A stretch of DNA of 64,000 nucleotides from Tricharina praecox. Taxonomy: Eukaryota. The notes under the pieces are model-generated. The model saw nothing but the letters and a program-made list of their open reading frames with translations, did not search any database and was not told the DNA's origin. Each line of letters begins with the position of its first letter. The stretch's first letter is position 1. The DNA lies in NCBI RefSeq assembly GCF_024521635.1, contig NW_026250414.1, forward strand, positions 806,001 to 870,000, written 5' to 3'. Positions 24,991-38,145 of the stretch are shown here, in pieces. Made by a program: the position numbers and the translations under genes.

Positions 24991-26556
24991 AGCTACCGGG
25001 AGACTCGATGGAATGCAGGACGGTGGGCCGTGGGGAGGAGAATAAGAGGGCGATCCAACGCGGGTGCGGGATGGTGAATCGAATGATCGCTTGTGATTTA
25101 ACGGATCGGTGCGGTATGTATCGGGAATAGCACGGTACGAAGCTGGGGGGGCCATTTATTTACTAAAGTGCTGTGTTTCCGCGGAGCGAAGGAAGAGTTG
25201 GAGAGTAAATACTGGGAACGTCAGGAGTTGGTACGGCTGTAAATATTGTCTAGTCGGAGGGGAGGGGGTTTTTATTTATTTATCTGGCGTCGTGTTTTTC
25301 TTTTGGTCTTTGGTTCTGTATCGATGGATAGGTTGGTTTCATTTTCTGGATGCGAATTCTTTTCGTGCCTGTATTGAAGTCGTGGACAGTCCTTTCGGGA
25401 ATGTGAATTGAATTCGAATTCTCCTCTACCTACGTGCGGTTGATGCCGAAGTGCCGAGTTCTGCACGCGGACCTGTCACGATGCTGTCTACCTATCGGGC
25501 GTTCTAGTACCTATTGTAGCTCGTGCTGTGTTTGCCTACCAGAAAGAGAAAGACGACTTTGATGTTTGGAACGGTGTCCGCGTTCGCACTGCGCTAGCAC
25601 TCACTGCACAGTGCAAATGCTTCATCGAATCCCATGAACCTACGATCATGGACCATTTCATTGAGGTTGCACACCGTTCTCGTCAAGCATATCCGCTTCG
25701 TATCGAAGCCGTATATCGGCTTACTGCAGTGTAGATGTATAAACGACCAGGCCAGAGGCGGAGACACAACTTCCGGCAACCAGTCTCCTGGCGAATCGGA
25801 CATCTGTACGTAGCCTTCCGACCCGCTTCCGTGGAATGCCATTTTTCTTTCCAAAATGCCACCACCGTGCCCTCTGTCTTCTTCTCGACCGAAAACTCAA
25901 AGTTCCGAATGCAACGGTAGTTGTGCGACGGAAAGCCCCGTGTCCGAAACAGGCATCGGGCAAAGCCCGGTTCACCAAAGCTTGGCACCTCACTTGAGCC
26001 GCCCTTCTTCGACTGTCCAAGGGCGTGCGTCCCCATAACTCAATTAGCCTGATTTATCGGATCCCTTGCTGCTGCTGCCCTCCTGGATCAACTTTCAACT
26101 TTGACTTCTACTCTACTCGCTCCAACTTACCTCTCTCCATACCATCTCAACACCTCCCTCACCAAAACGAAACGATCGATCCTTTGCGGTGTTGCTCTAC
26201 CTCTACGGATCCACATCCTCGCAAGCTTCGTAGCAACCAAAGCCATCCTTGCGTTTTCCCGGAACGGTTGCTCACGGCTCGAGTTCCCGTGTCGCTCACT
26301 AAGTGCACGCAGCGGCGAGCTACTATCCTAACTTGAGTCGAGACAAAAGGAAAAGAAAATCGAATGGCCTCACATCTGTTTGGGTGAGTTCCCCATCTCG
26401 GCAACACCCACTCCCCTTTCCCACTCCTTTCGTCACACCTTCGCAAAGAGACGAGACAGTTGTAACAACAGCTCGGCCGCCCGTGCTCGCTCGCAACTTG
26501 CTCCACCCCCCCTCCACACCCCTTTCTCCTCGCCTTTCCCACTCCTAGATTAAACC

Positions 26557-27673
26557 ATGAACTCCATTAACGCAATGTTCAGTCGGTTCCGGCGGCCCGG
26601 CAAGCAACCGTCCTCGCCCTCGCAGCAATCCCCGACTGGCGGCAATGGAAGTGGTGGTAGTGGTGGCAACGGATTCAATGGCGGTGCAGGAAGCTCGCCC
26701 GGCGGCGGAGCCTCCCCGGCAGGTGGTCTGATGCCGAACTCACCTACTGGTGCCCGCGTCGCAGCGAAGCCGCTCTTCCTCTGCAAGCCGTTCGTCACCA
26801 GCCAGTTGGTCAAGGGTAGCTTCTCGACCATCGTTGTTCTGCCGAAGTACGTGGATCAGGGTGAATGGCTGGCACTCAATGGTATGTAGGATTGCTTGGA
26901 ATTGGGATACGGCGCCGCTGACTGCGGGACAGTGTTTGAGTTTTTCGACATGCTTAACCGCTTCTACGGTGTGATCCAGGAGTTTTGTACTCCTAGGAAT
27001 TGCCCGTCCATGTCGGCAGGCCCTGGGTAGGTTTCTGGATGTGCAAGTTGCATCGCGCGACACGATGCGATACCTGGAGTTCTGCACTAACACTTTCTGA
27101 GCAGTCTCGATTACACCTGGCTGGACGCGAACAAGAAGCCCATGCGCCTTCCGGCCCCCACATACATTGAGTATGTGCTGCAGTGGATCTCGAACCGCAT
27201 CAACGACGAGACTCTGTTCCCCACCAAGGCCAGTGGAACCACCACGGCGACCGCCGCCACCCCATCCGCGATGATGCCCGGCGCCTCCAGGAGTCTTACG
27301 GGCAACCAGTCCGGCGAGAACTGGGTCGGAAAGGAGGGCGGCTTCCCGCAGGTCTTCGAACAGACGTGTAAGGGCATCTACAAGCAGATGTTCCGCGTGT
27401 TTGCACACATCTACCACACCCACTTCGACAAGATCCTGCACATGAGCCTCGAGGCCCACTTCAACAGCTTATTCGTCCATTTTATTCACTTCTCGCGGGT
27501 CCGTACCACATGAGTCCACAGCTATCGGTACCATGCTGACAGTGAAATTATAGACTTTCAACCTCCTTGCTCCCGGCGACCTCGAGCCTCTACGCGCTCT
27601 CATCGAGAACTTCGAGGAGCAGGGCCTGTTCAAGGATAGCTCCAGCTCCCGCCCGCAGCAGCAACAGCAGTGA
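26557..27673 (+). CDS. MOB2: MOB kinase activator (Mob2/CBK1 activator); introns 26882-26932, 27027-27104, 27499-27553
   Basis: KPLFLCKPFV..LVKGSFSTIVVLPKYVDQGEWLALN, LPAPTYIEYVLQWI, YKQMFRVFAHIYHTHF. Confidence 0.92.
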
Positions 27674-29125
27674 TCGATCTTTGTCGACCTTACACTTACA
27701 CGTTTGATACCAACCACGTTCATGTCTTTTTACATCTTGCATCATCCATTTCTTTCAACGTTTTGTGTTGAAAGATTTCCTCTTTTTCGCCATGCGTGCC
27801 CCCTGTTTTTTTTTCCCTTTTCTTTTTCTTCATTGTCATTGGTGGGTTGGGGAATGATAGCGATATGTAGCGGTGAATTGAAGCGTTGAGTTACCTATCA
27901 CAAAGTTGAAGAGAGAGAGAGAGATGCCGGAGAGAGTTTCTCCGTCCGGAGACCGGTCCGAGTGCACGGGGGGTGATCTGGCGTGAATGATGCCTGTAGA
28001 TATCCCGGCGCACCCTGCTGGAACGGTGTCGACATGTAGCTTGTTTCACGCAACGAGCTTTCCGGCACTGAGCACTGACCAGTTGTCTGCTCCTCAAAAC
28101 GCTCGATGAAACGAGACAAGTATAGGTAGACATCACAGTTGCAAAAGCGGGGACGAAGATGATCAGTCGGGCACTGGTGGAACTCTCTGTACAAACTCAA
28201 GCAATAAGGTCTGTCCGAAAAACTCCACTCCACCCGACTCGCGTGACTGCATGGATAGCCGGTTGGGGACACGCAAGCAAGATCTGTATGGACTCTGCAC
28301 GGGCACGGGGTTGGTCGACGATGATGGGGAATCACGAGTGAGACTCGGGAGCAGAGCATCTGGTTTCTGCAGTGCAACACGGCCGACCGACTCGTGCTCG
28401 ATGGATTTGCGGAGGCAAAAATGTGGGGATGAATGAGGAGATGAGAGATCGAGAAGGTAATCATATGTAAACTTCAAGCATCCTTTGCTTTTGCTTTTGC
28501 TCCTTCTTTACATAGAATCCAGATACAGTGGAGACTCCCGCCTCCCGCACCGTTATAACTCAACTTACCTGTTGCTTCTGCTTTTGCTGTTGCGTGTCCT
28601 CAGCACTTCCCAGCCAATTAAATTCCCGCCTCCTCGTCGCTGCAGTTGGATCACGCCTGCGACAGGGATCCGCCACGAGCTCTCCTGCTTCTCCTTCTCA
28701 CACCTTCTCCGGAGGACAGAAAGAGAAAAAGACACGGTACTCGGAAGGGAAGCTACCCTACTCTATCTATCTTGCCGCTGTCTTCTCCCATCCTTCTATT
28801 CTACTTCTTCTCACATCCCTCACACACACACATACATCATCACTTTCATTCCCACAACACCCTCCACCGCCGCAACGACTACGATTGGATTCTTCATTGC
28901 ATCTGATCTCGTCGCATCCCCTTTCTGCCACCCACACACGCACGCACACTTGCATCATCACCACATCACATCCCAACGGACCGGCTGCGTGTTACCCAAG
29001 CATTCAAACTGAATCCTTAAGGGACTGATCGAAGCTCGAGGTATTTCCACTTCTTCCTTTCCGGCTTCCGCTGCATTCGAGATCTGAGCTGACGTGACGC
29101 GATGTAAAAGAAGTCTAGATTCATC

Positions 29126-30352
29126 ATGGCGATGAACTCCCTTATTTCGTGGGCGCTGTTTATCTCCGTCGTGGGAGCGATTTGGTTCGTTCAGCAGCGT
29201 GGGAAGACTCCCCAGGCCCAGAAGATCGCGAAGAAGGTTGCGGAGGTGTTACCGGAGAAGGTGAAGGCTGTGCCTGAGAAGGCAAAAGCAAAAGTGGCGA
29301 GCAGCGGTGGTGGTGGGGTGGAGTCGGCCGGCGAGGTCAAGAAGAAGGCCAAGAAGAAGGTCAAGAAGTCGTCATCATCGGCGGCCGCGTCGCTGAGCAA
29401 CTCCGTCGTCAAGGAGAAGAAGGTCGAGGTCAAGAGCGATGACGACGACGATGACGACGATGTTGCCGAGGAGGTCGATCTGAAGGACGTTGCTCGCCGC
29501 TTGAAGCTCGGAGGAGCTGGACGCTACGCAGGCAGCCAGACCTCTTCCACCGGTGCCGACGGCGACATCGATGAGGAGTACTCCAAGTCCAACGACCCCT
29601 CCGATATGCTCGAACCCTCTACCAGCGGCCCAGGAGTCCTCCGCATCGGTGCCCCCGTCCAGCCTCCCCGTACCCAGAAGAAGAAGTCCGCCCCCGTCAA
29701 CGACTCCGGAGTCCACGCTGCCAAGAACGCAAAGAAGAAGGAGAAGGAGAAGGCTGCACGCGCCCAGGAACGCGCCGAACAGCACGCCCGCCTCGAACAG
29801 CACCGTAAGGCCCAACGCGTTGCTGAGGCCGCTCGTCCTGCTGTCTCCTCCCCCGCTCCCGTCTCCGCCGCCGCTGCCGCTGCTTCCTCCGCCTGGACTC
29901 AGGTCGGAAGCAAGAAGCCCCCCCGCGCTACTACCCCCGTCCCCGCCGCCACCTCGACCGCTTCTTCCTCCAGCGCGCTCCTCGACACCTTCACCCCCGG
30001 CGACTCCGACTCCGAGCCCATCCAGCGCTCCACCACCCTCGGCGACTCCTGGGAGTCCATCCCTCCCAACGCCATGGTCCCCGAGCCGGAGTGGAACGAG
30101 GTCAAGAGCAAGAAGTCGACTCGCAGCATGAGGAAATCCGACGACTCGGCCGACGAGACGATCACCCTTCCAAAGGCGAAGACGCCCACCCCCGCCCCTG
30201 AGCCGAGGGCCACCCTGGCTCCCCCTGTGGCTACTAAGCAGGTCAAGGCCCCCAAGAAGGAGACTCGTGGCAGCACGACGTCGGGATCCGACTGGGCCGA
30301 GGTCGATAACATCGACAACTGGGAGGTGCACCCGGAGAGCTCAGATTACTAG
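29126..30352 (+). CDS. Hypothetical protein: N-terminal membrane anchor plus long charged/disordered tail; probable 5'-UTR intron starting 29041
   Basis: 408-aa ORF with strong C/G third-position bias; ISWALFISVVGAIWFV anchor; upstream GTATTT...CTGAC...AG. Confidence 0.75.
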   Translation: MAMNSLISWALFISVVGAIWFVQQRGKTPQAQKIAKKVAEVLPEKVKAVPEKAKAKVASSGGGGVESAGEVKKKAKKKVKKSSSSAAASLSNSVVKEKKVEVKSDDDDDDDDVAEEVDLKDVARRLKLGGAGRYAGSQTSSTGADGDIDEEYSKSNDPSDMLEPSTSGPGVLRIGAPVQPPRTQKKKSAPVNDSGVHAAKNAKKKEKEKAARAQERAEQHARLEQHRKAQRVAEAARPAVSSPAPVSAAAAAASSAWTQVGSKKPPRATTPVPAATSTASSSSALLDTFTPGDSDSEPIQRSTTLGDSWESIPPNAMVPEPEWNEVKSKKSTRSMRKSDDSADETITLPKAKTPTPAPEPRATLAPPVATKQVKAPKKETRGSTTSGSDWAEVDNIDNWEVHPESSDY

Positions 30353-31442
30353 AAGTTGGTCATGAGACGACGGCGGTAGAAGGGGAGATGAGATGAGCGA
30401 CGATGGGGATGATGGTGCTCTTTTTAGCGGTTATTTCCTAGGTTTCTTTTTCCTTGACTTCGACTTCGACCTCTTCGTGGGTTTTCGCTTCATTTTTCAT
30501 ATTGGGCGGACTTGAACAAAAAAAGGAATCGTGCTGTTGATTCTACCTACCTACATACTCTGACGTGTAATTGCCCGGATGCACATCTCATCCCCCGCCC
30601 ATCAAGACCAGACTCTGTCCTGTCCAGTCCGGGCTTTGGGGACTTGTGGCATATCATACGAAGGGGCATGGGCATGCGGCTTGTAGTGCGAAATTGAAAG
30701 ATGAAACTTCAATGTACTTTAAAGATTTATTGTTTCCTTCCTTCCTTCTGTCGAGTCTACTTTTTTGTTTTTTTAAAGGGTTAATTGGGATGGGATGGGA
30801 TGGGATGGGATGGCTAGAGAAAGAAAATGGCTTAAAAGGAGCTGTATCGCGTTTGAGAATTGTACCTGTACCTGTACTCGAACTAGGTACTGCCTACTGC
30901 CTACGGGACTTGATGGTAAACTTGATACTCGGTAAGGCATGCTACCTGCTCGTTGCTTTGCGACTCGTGAGTTGTTCCATTGGCCGTGATGTCTATTCTA
31001 GGGAGACTGAGGATTAGAATGATGAGGGAAGCGGACGAGTGTGAGTGACTCGATTCACTGCTGGTTTTCCGGTGTCGTGGGATGGCAAGAAAGCGAAAGG
31101 AAGGCCAGTGGGATATACCAAGCCCGCTAGGGGCAAAGCGTGGAAGCCTTGCGGACCGCGGTGGACTTGTAGTGCTGGATATCGATGGAATGGAACGCGG
31201 AATGGTCGTGAGCGCAGAATCATTCGCACGACACGTTCCTCCCCACATACGTGCAAGAACCAGATCGCAGTGAATCGAAGTGAAGTGAAATAGAGTATAT
31301 ACACGAACCGTCTCCCTCCTCAACGCCGTAGTAATGAGCAAAAGCATCGGAAAAGAGCAGCCAAACATCGCCATCAATCATCAAACTATCAAAATCGCCA
31401 TCGTCCCGTGTTCATTCTCGTCCCTCCGCTCCCTCCGCTCCC

Positions 31443-31795
31443 CTACGAATGCTTCATGCCGCCCAACGGATTGGCCCGAACCTTGGTCCAGTCGATTCCC
31501 ATTTCCACCTCCTCGTCGACAAGGCCGCACACCGCGACGTTGTCGCCGCGTATCAGGTACAGCCCGTGCTCCACCTCCTGACTCGCATCCTCCGAGTCCG
31601 GGCTCGCAAAGATCCGCTCGACCGTCGACGATAGGATCAGGTTCGTGGTCTGGTCGTGGCCCAGGAGCTGCCCCGTGAGCGTGCGGCCGTCGGAGGTGAT
31701 GATTGTTACTGTTTCTGGGGACGGTTAGTTATGCAGAAGGCGGAGAGGGTGGAAGCGGGTGGAATACTGCCGACGAAGGGACCGAGCGACGACAT
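31443..31795 (-). CDS. LSM8: U6 snRNA-associated Sm-like protein Lsm8; intron 31767-31715
   Basis: Spliced product MSSLGPFVGKTVTIITSDGRTLTGQLLGHDQTTNLIL...GLYLIRGDNVAVCGLVDEE..IDWTKVRA; not called as one ORF in the track. Confidence 0.93.
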
Positions 31796-32054
31796 CGCGA
31801 CTGGTGGGGTGGTGGTGCTGAGAGTGGTGGTGGGGGGAAGGAGGTGAGGTGTTGTGGCGGTGTTGCTGCGGTGCCACAGGGATGACGCGGTTGGGAACTG
31901 GGTACTACAAACGTTTAAGACAGGTCGACGCAACGTAAACCGACCACCAACCTCAGCTCCATCGACAGCTACTCTACCGTCAACCACAACAACAACAGCA
32001 ACAGCAACAGCAACACATATCTTTCACATCCTCACTGTCAACACCCCACGAACG

Positions 32055-33285
32055 ATGCCACCACCACCGCCACCACCACCGCCCCCACCCCCACCACCAC
32101 CTCCCGGCGGCTTCGGAGGAGGCAAAGCGGCTGCCCCTTCAAGAGTATGTGTCGACCGCCCCAGTGCTACCAGAGCCCTCCGACAATACTAACGGACAGG
32201 TCCAGGGAGCGCTCAACGGCGACATCACGAAGGGGATCCGGCTGAAGAAGGCGCAAACGAACGATCGCAGCGCCCCGATAATCGATGCGAAGATCTCGGG
32301 CGGCGGAGGAGGAGGAGGCGTTGTGCAGATGGGAAAGCCGCCGGCTATTCCGGGTGCTCCGCCGATTCCAGGTGCGGCCGCTGCGGCGATGAGAGCGAGG
32401 AGTGATAGTGCCGGAGCATCCGTGAACCGTGGGAGGAGTAATAGTGAGACTACTGGGGGAGGAGGAGGAGGAGGGCTGGCCCCGGCTGCACAGCTGGGTG
32501 GATTATTTGCGGGCGGGATGCCACGACTGAGGAGTACGAGAGGCGGCGTGAATACTGGAGGTACTACATTCCTCTCTCCCACTATGAGGACCCTTTACTA
32601 GAGCTATAGCTAACCTACTCATACAGCGAACCGAGATTCCTCCTATATGTCCGACACGGAATCACCCCCACGAGCCCCGACAATCCCCACCCTCCGCGCG
32701 TCTCCCTCCGCGCCCAACGTCAACTCGCGCAAAACGCCCGCCCCGCCCCCTGGTCGTCCGCACTCCACCGCGCCGGTCCCACCACGCGCGCCTCCCCCAC
32801 CACCATCGCACATCCGCCCGCCACCCCCACCAAGCCGCAAGTCCCCCTCACCCACACCGCCCGCGCCCCCACCACCACGCGCCACCCCTCCACCCCCACC
32901 GCCCACAAACGGCGGCAACAGCAACGGCATATCCCTCCTGCAATCCGCGCTGAGCAAGCGCTCCGTCTCGCTCTCGCACACGCCGCCGCCGCCGCCGCCT
33001 CCACCCTCGGGGCCCAACCGCAACGCCCCGCCCCCTCCGCCACCGCCGCCTTCCGCGCCGGCTCCGCCTCCACCACCACCTCCCCCGCCGTCGGCTGCCT
33101 ACGGAAATTACTCCCTCAGCCCCGCGGTCGCCTCCGGCGCTCGCAAGATCGTCGTCGACGATAGCAGGTGGCGCTTTCAGCCCGAAGCGAGCTTTCCTGA
33201 ACCGAGGCCGTTTACTGGATGCAATAAGGCGTATAGGAGTGGTAGGGGGAGCAGTGTTCCGCTCGATTTGAGTAGTCTGGAGTAA
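32055..33285 (+). CDS. VRP1: Verprolin/WIP actin regulator; introns 32145-32199 and 32561-32626
   Basis: Poly-Pro N-terminus, WH2 ALNGDITKGIRLKKAQTNDRSAP, LGGLFAGGMPRLR, C-terminal DSRWRF..FPEPRPF..YRSGRGSSVPLDL. Confidence 0.9.
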
Positions 33286-35047
33286 AGCGATGCATGAAGG
33301 GGGGTGGGTGGGTGGGACGGTAATGATGTAGCCAGATGCTACGGATGTTGCTTGTTTAGTACTTAGAATGCTGCGGTTGTTGATTGATTAGTATCGTTTA
33401 CATTCTGCTGCTGTTCAGGTGCAAGCTTGCTCTGTTTGAAGCTGTAATTCCTTTGTGAAGAATGAAGATGTGCTCCCGTTCGAATACCATGTTTCGATCA
33501 CGCATGAGCGGTTGCTTGCCATTCGGTATTGAACAGCACTTCCCCTACCAGCTGTCCACGAAGCACATGTCTTAGCTCTGAGAGTGTACGAGTAGTCGAC
33601 CGCGCTTGAAGACCGTATATACCCTATATACCCGTGAATTCGTAGAAACATTCCCCATCGTGATCGGGGCGGGACTCGGGAGACATGAATTCGTCGTTCG
33701 TTTTAGAATGGTGCTGTAATTGGTGCGACCATGGGAGAGTGGGCGGTTTTGCCTGGGACTCTAGGACTCTAGGAAAATGGGTACCTAGGTAGTGGGATCG
33801 CTGGATACTGGAAGCAATGGATTCGAGAGCACTGAGGAGTGACTCGGAATGTTAGGATAGTAGTGGAGAAGCATCGCTGATCTCTTCTTCGCAGTGCCTA
33901 CGCCTATGATGCTCCGCTGCGAGAGAGAGAGGGTCATCATGTCGCTGCACCCATAGCTAGTCAATTTGAAGGTTCAGCAGCTGTAGATAGCGAGATGAGA
34001 CCGGAGCGAAAAACTTCAGATGAGCGAGTGAAGATTCGTATCCTCCACGCCCATGACTATGCTTTCAATAGTCATATCCAAGCAAACAAACTCGTCCTCG
34101 AAACCTCGACAGCGTCCAGGTATTCAACGAAAAGAAGTAGAAGATGTGCCACCTACCCCCCATGCTCATGTCTCTCACGAGACACGAGCGATCGGGAGAG
34201 CAATGCGCCTCGACCACACCGTTAAGCATGACAAAGGAGGTTCCTTCTAAGGACCCGGGAACGGAACTCTGTCCACGAAGATAAAGACAGAACTCAGCAA
34301 GCCACCGGAGTGGAGATCCTAATAAATAGTTGTAAAACTACCTACTGATGTAAGGAGAAGAGAGGGGAGTGGGGGAAGAGGGCATTTTATACTTGGTGCG
34401 GCTAAAAATTACGAGGCTCTGCTGCTAGCTAACTAGCGGGGGCTGGGGCAAAATTTTTCGCCGACCACGCTGCGCCGCTACCCTAGTCACGTGCGAGCGG
34501 CGAAATCTGTGCAATCCCGCAGGTTGCGAACGCTTTCGTCGAGATGCAGTTGAACATCGTGAGTTCGGGGTGGATTCTACGGAGGCACACATCGTCACCG
34601 GCAGCACACTGCTCTGCTTCACTCAATCTCTAAATCAAGAAAGTATCAAACATGTTGAGTTCCAGTGTCGCTACGTTTCCGAGTGAGCATCCGTGCAAAT
34701 ACCCAGCCTCCCACAGCGGCCCGACTTGATAAATAGAGCCGATCGGCTCGTTCCAACACGGCGAAAATTCAAAATCGATCTATCAACAGCTGCCTGCTCG
34801 CACGCACCATGCTTCTTTTTTTTTCTCCCAGCGTTGAGATGAGGCTCGCGGCGGGTGCAGCAACTGGTGGTGTATCCCGTTAGCGCCGCCCTTTTCCAAC
34901 GACTGCCCTTCGTATCCAACTTACCCCGCCCTCGCCCAAAGAAAATCCTCCTCTTCCATACTTCCACCGCCCAAAAAGTCATCTTCCACTACTCCCTCCA
35001 CAACACACAACTCCTTCAACCGATTACCACCACTCTACATCATCAAA

Positions 35048-36252
35048 ATGGGTTTCACTGATCTCGCTGCCGAGGCTGGCCTCTCTGGTAGGCTTCCCCG
35101 ATGCGCAGGCGGGATGGGGTCCGAGGATGGTTATGACTGACGGGTCCTCGTTATGCAGCCCTTAACAGCTGGTTGACCACCAGGAGCTACGTCGTTGGGT
35201 GAGTCGCAGCCACTTTCTACTCTGTTTTTTGCTTCACCGATATCCGGCGCACGTTCTGCGTGTATTCTCCCTGGCCTGGATGCGATGGCCCACCTCTGTC
35301 ATCGCTACCTCGATCACATACCCCCCTCCCCCCAATCCCGAAAATGTTTGAATGATGAGATAAAATTGGTCCGTGTTTAAGAGGCGGCTTAAGACCCCGC
35401 TGTTTGACTACAACCCAATAGCTTCATTGCACCTCTGATCCTGCATTTCCTTGCTACTTTATCAATCATCCTCTGCATGCAAGAACTCCGGAAACAGTGA
35501 AGACTGACATTCCCTCCCAGATACACCCCTTCCCAGGGAGATGTGACCATCTACAAGGCTATCTCCAGCGCCCCCGACTCGGCCAAGTACCCCAACGCCG
35601 CGCGCTGGTACAAGAACATCCACTCGTACGAGACCGACTTCGAGACGCTCCCCGGAGAGCAGTCTACCGACATCTCCCAGTACGGACCCGAGGTCGTCGA
35701 GAACACCGTCAACCCTGCCGCCGCCCCCGAGAAGGTCGAGGAGGAAGATGACGATGATGAGGTCGACCTGTTCGGCTCTGACGATGAGGATGAGGACAAG
35801 GAGAAGGAGGCGCTGGCCGCTAAGCGGTTGGAGGAGTACAGGGCCAAGAAGGCGCTGAAGCCCAAGACTAGTGTGTTGCCGCGACCCAAAAGAGGATGCA
35901 TAGTTGTGCAGACGCTGATGAATGGATAGTTGCCAAGTCGGTCGTCACGCTCGATGTCAAGCCGTGGGATGACGAGACAAACATGGACGAGCTGGTTGCC
36001 AACGTCAAGGCCATCGAGAAGGGTTCGTTGCCACATCCTCTCCACATTGTCCCCGCGCACTACTAATACCACGTAGACGGTCTCGTTTGGGGAGCCCACA
36101 CTCTGGTCGCCGTCGGTTACGGTATCAAGAAGCTGCAGATCAACCTTGTCGTCGAGGACGAGAAGATCTCTCTCGACGAGCTGCAGCAGCAGATCGAGGA
36201 GGACGAGGACCACGTCCAGTCCACCGATATCGCCGCAATGCAGAAGTTGTAA
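35048..36252 (+). CDS. EFB1: Translation elongation factor 1-beta; introns 35088-35158, 35199-35520, 35871-35929, 36023-36076
   Basis: [79 protein letters not shown]. Confidence 0.97.
35348..35441 (+). ncRNA. snR18: Box C/D snoRNA U18/snR18 in EF-1beta intron 2
   Basis: Box C ATGATGA 35352-35358; guide TTGGTCCGTGTTT 35366-35378 complementary to LSU rRNA AAACACGGACCAA; D' variant AAGA; box D CTGA 35435-35438. Yeast snR18 lies in the EFB1 intron. Confidence 0.88.
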
Positions 36253-36645
36253 ACTGTCCGCGGGTAGCGAATGAGGTACATGATTTGGGATTGGTTGGGG
36301 CTTCTTGAACGGCGCAAAATAATGATCGCGGCTTGAAGGGGGAAATTTGGGAAAAAGTTAGAATCGGGTGACCTTTTTTCTCCCTACTTACGTACTGTGG
36401 TCGTGTGCTGGGCTCTATGAAACCGAATCGCGAAACAACGTGAAGCCTTGTAACTACACCCTCACGATCTCCTAGTTCTAGGCAATCGCACCGCCATCTT
36501 TCCAACATCCGAATCTCAAGTAAGGTACTGTAGTGGTTCACCCCAACACAAAACTAGTCTACCATGTTGACGTCTCCCACCTAAACTATGACCCTAGATC
36601 CCCCTCCGCGATTTCGTTTCATTCACAGTTCATCACCCCCACTAA

Positions 36646-37494
36646 CTAGAAAAACCCGAGCATCCACCTTCCCGTCCTCCGTCGCCAGCTCAATCTTGGA
36701 GCTTCAGCGTCGAAACTACTCCGTCTCCAGCTGGACACGCTACCGCTAGCTGCGATCACGCTATCTCCGCCATCTCCGGTCCCTCCGCTCGACTCACTCC
36801 GAGCCTCGTCCAAGTCTTCCGCTCGTGGATCTTCCAATTGAAGTGATTGATCGAATTCCTGCTCCGAAATGGAGACGGAGAGTGGGAGCGACTCGTCCAG
36901 CTCATCAGAGAGGGCGCGGGTTAGGGAGAGCTGCTGCGAGGGCGAGGAGACGTCGCCGTCGGTGGTTGTCGCTAGCTCTAGCGATGGCGAAAAGTGCGGG
37001 TGCAGCTGGGTGGCTGGTTCTTGTCAGCTCTCAGCTAGAGAGGCGGGGGGTGGGGGGGGGGGGGGGTGCGTACCTCCATCCGCCGTGTCTGCGGTCACTG
37101 CAGCGTCCCGGCGGCGCAGGGCGAATATGCGGTACACAACGGTGCGGGAGACGAGCGCCCAGCCATACCCGTCGCCGTCCTCGTCGCCGTCGCCGTCCCT
37201 GTCGCCGGAGGAAATCGAGGAAATCAAGGAAATCAAGGAAATCGAGGAAATCGAGTCTGCATGGTCGAAGCTTCCGGGTATCCGCCTCGAGTACCGGTAC
37301 GGCCGCGGCGTTCTTGCCGCGTGGTCGTCGTGGTCGTCGTGGTGGTCGGGGTGGTCGGGGTGGTCGGGGTGCTCAGGGTGCTCGGGGTGGCCGGAGATCG
37401 GCGAAGAGCCGGCAGAGCCGGCGGAGGAAATTGAGGAAGCTGAGGCCGCGTCGTCGAAGCTTCCCGGCATCCGCCCCGAGTATGGCCGCGACAT
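36646..37494 (-). CDS. Orphan disordered Ser/Asp-rich protein with duplicated PGSF motif; intron 37073-37014
   Basis: ATG 37494; a GTACGC...CTGAC...CAG intron joins the 37024-37836 ORF to the 36646-36837 ORF frame. Confidence 0.55.
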
Positions 37495-38145
37495 TCTTGC
37501 TGGCTGGTTGCTTGGTTGGTGGTGTGGAAGGTGGGGATGGGCGGCGGTCGGGGATTGGGGATGCGGGGATGAAAGGATGGAGTCCGCCGCCCGCCCCCGC
37601 TGCTTTGAAGTGTGGATGGTGTGGTGTAGTAGGTGGAGTTCAATCGCAATGGGGGCTCGACGGTCCTGTTTGCTACGCGGGCCGCCGAAACGGGCCGCCG
37701 GGGCTTGGAATCGGACCGTCTTCAGGGCTACGAACGATTGCGAAAGATTGCGAAAGATTGCGAAAGATTGCGACGTCGGGCGACGATGGGCGACGATGGG
37801 CGACGTCGGGCGTGTCCCCGTACCTAGCGGACGCATGCGCTGGACGTTTCATTCAACTTTCACATGAGGGGCGGCAAGCGTTGATGTTGGTAACGCCCTC
37901 TCTCTTTCTCTCTGTACAGAGGCGTGGAAGTAATACGAATGATAGCGGTAACATTGATCGCCGCCCGCCCACCCAAAGCTCAATTGCGATACGCTCAGAT
38001 CGCCGTTCGGCACCTATTTGCTGCAACCCATTCGAAACGTGAAACATGAACCGAGAACCGAGTGCCCATCCATGACTATAGTACTCCCCGTAACCATTAT
38101 GCATATCCCCCCATCCCCCATCTACCCTCCATCCCCATGCACCCA

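Noticed and set aside
29375-30331. 318-aa minus-strand ORF
   Set aside because: Antisense shadow of 29126-30352.
35551-36213. 220-aa minus-strand ORF
   Set aside because: Antisense to EF-1beta and crosses its introns.
36825-38042. 405-aa and 332-aa plus-strand ORFs
   Set aside because: Low-complexity and repeat-driven; the minus strand has the coherent splice signals.
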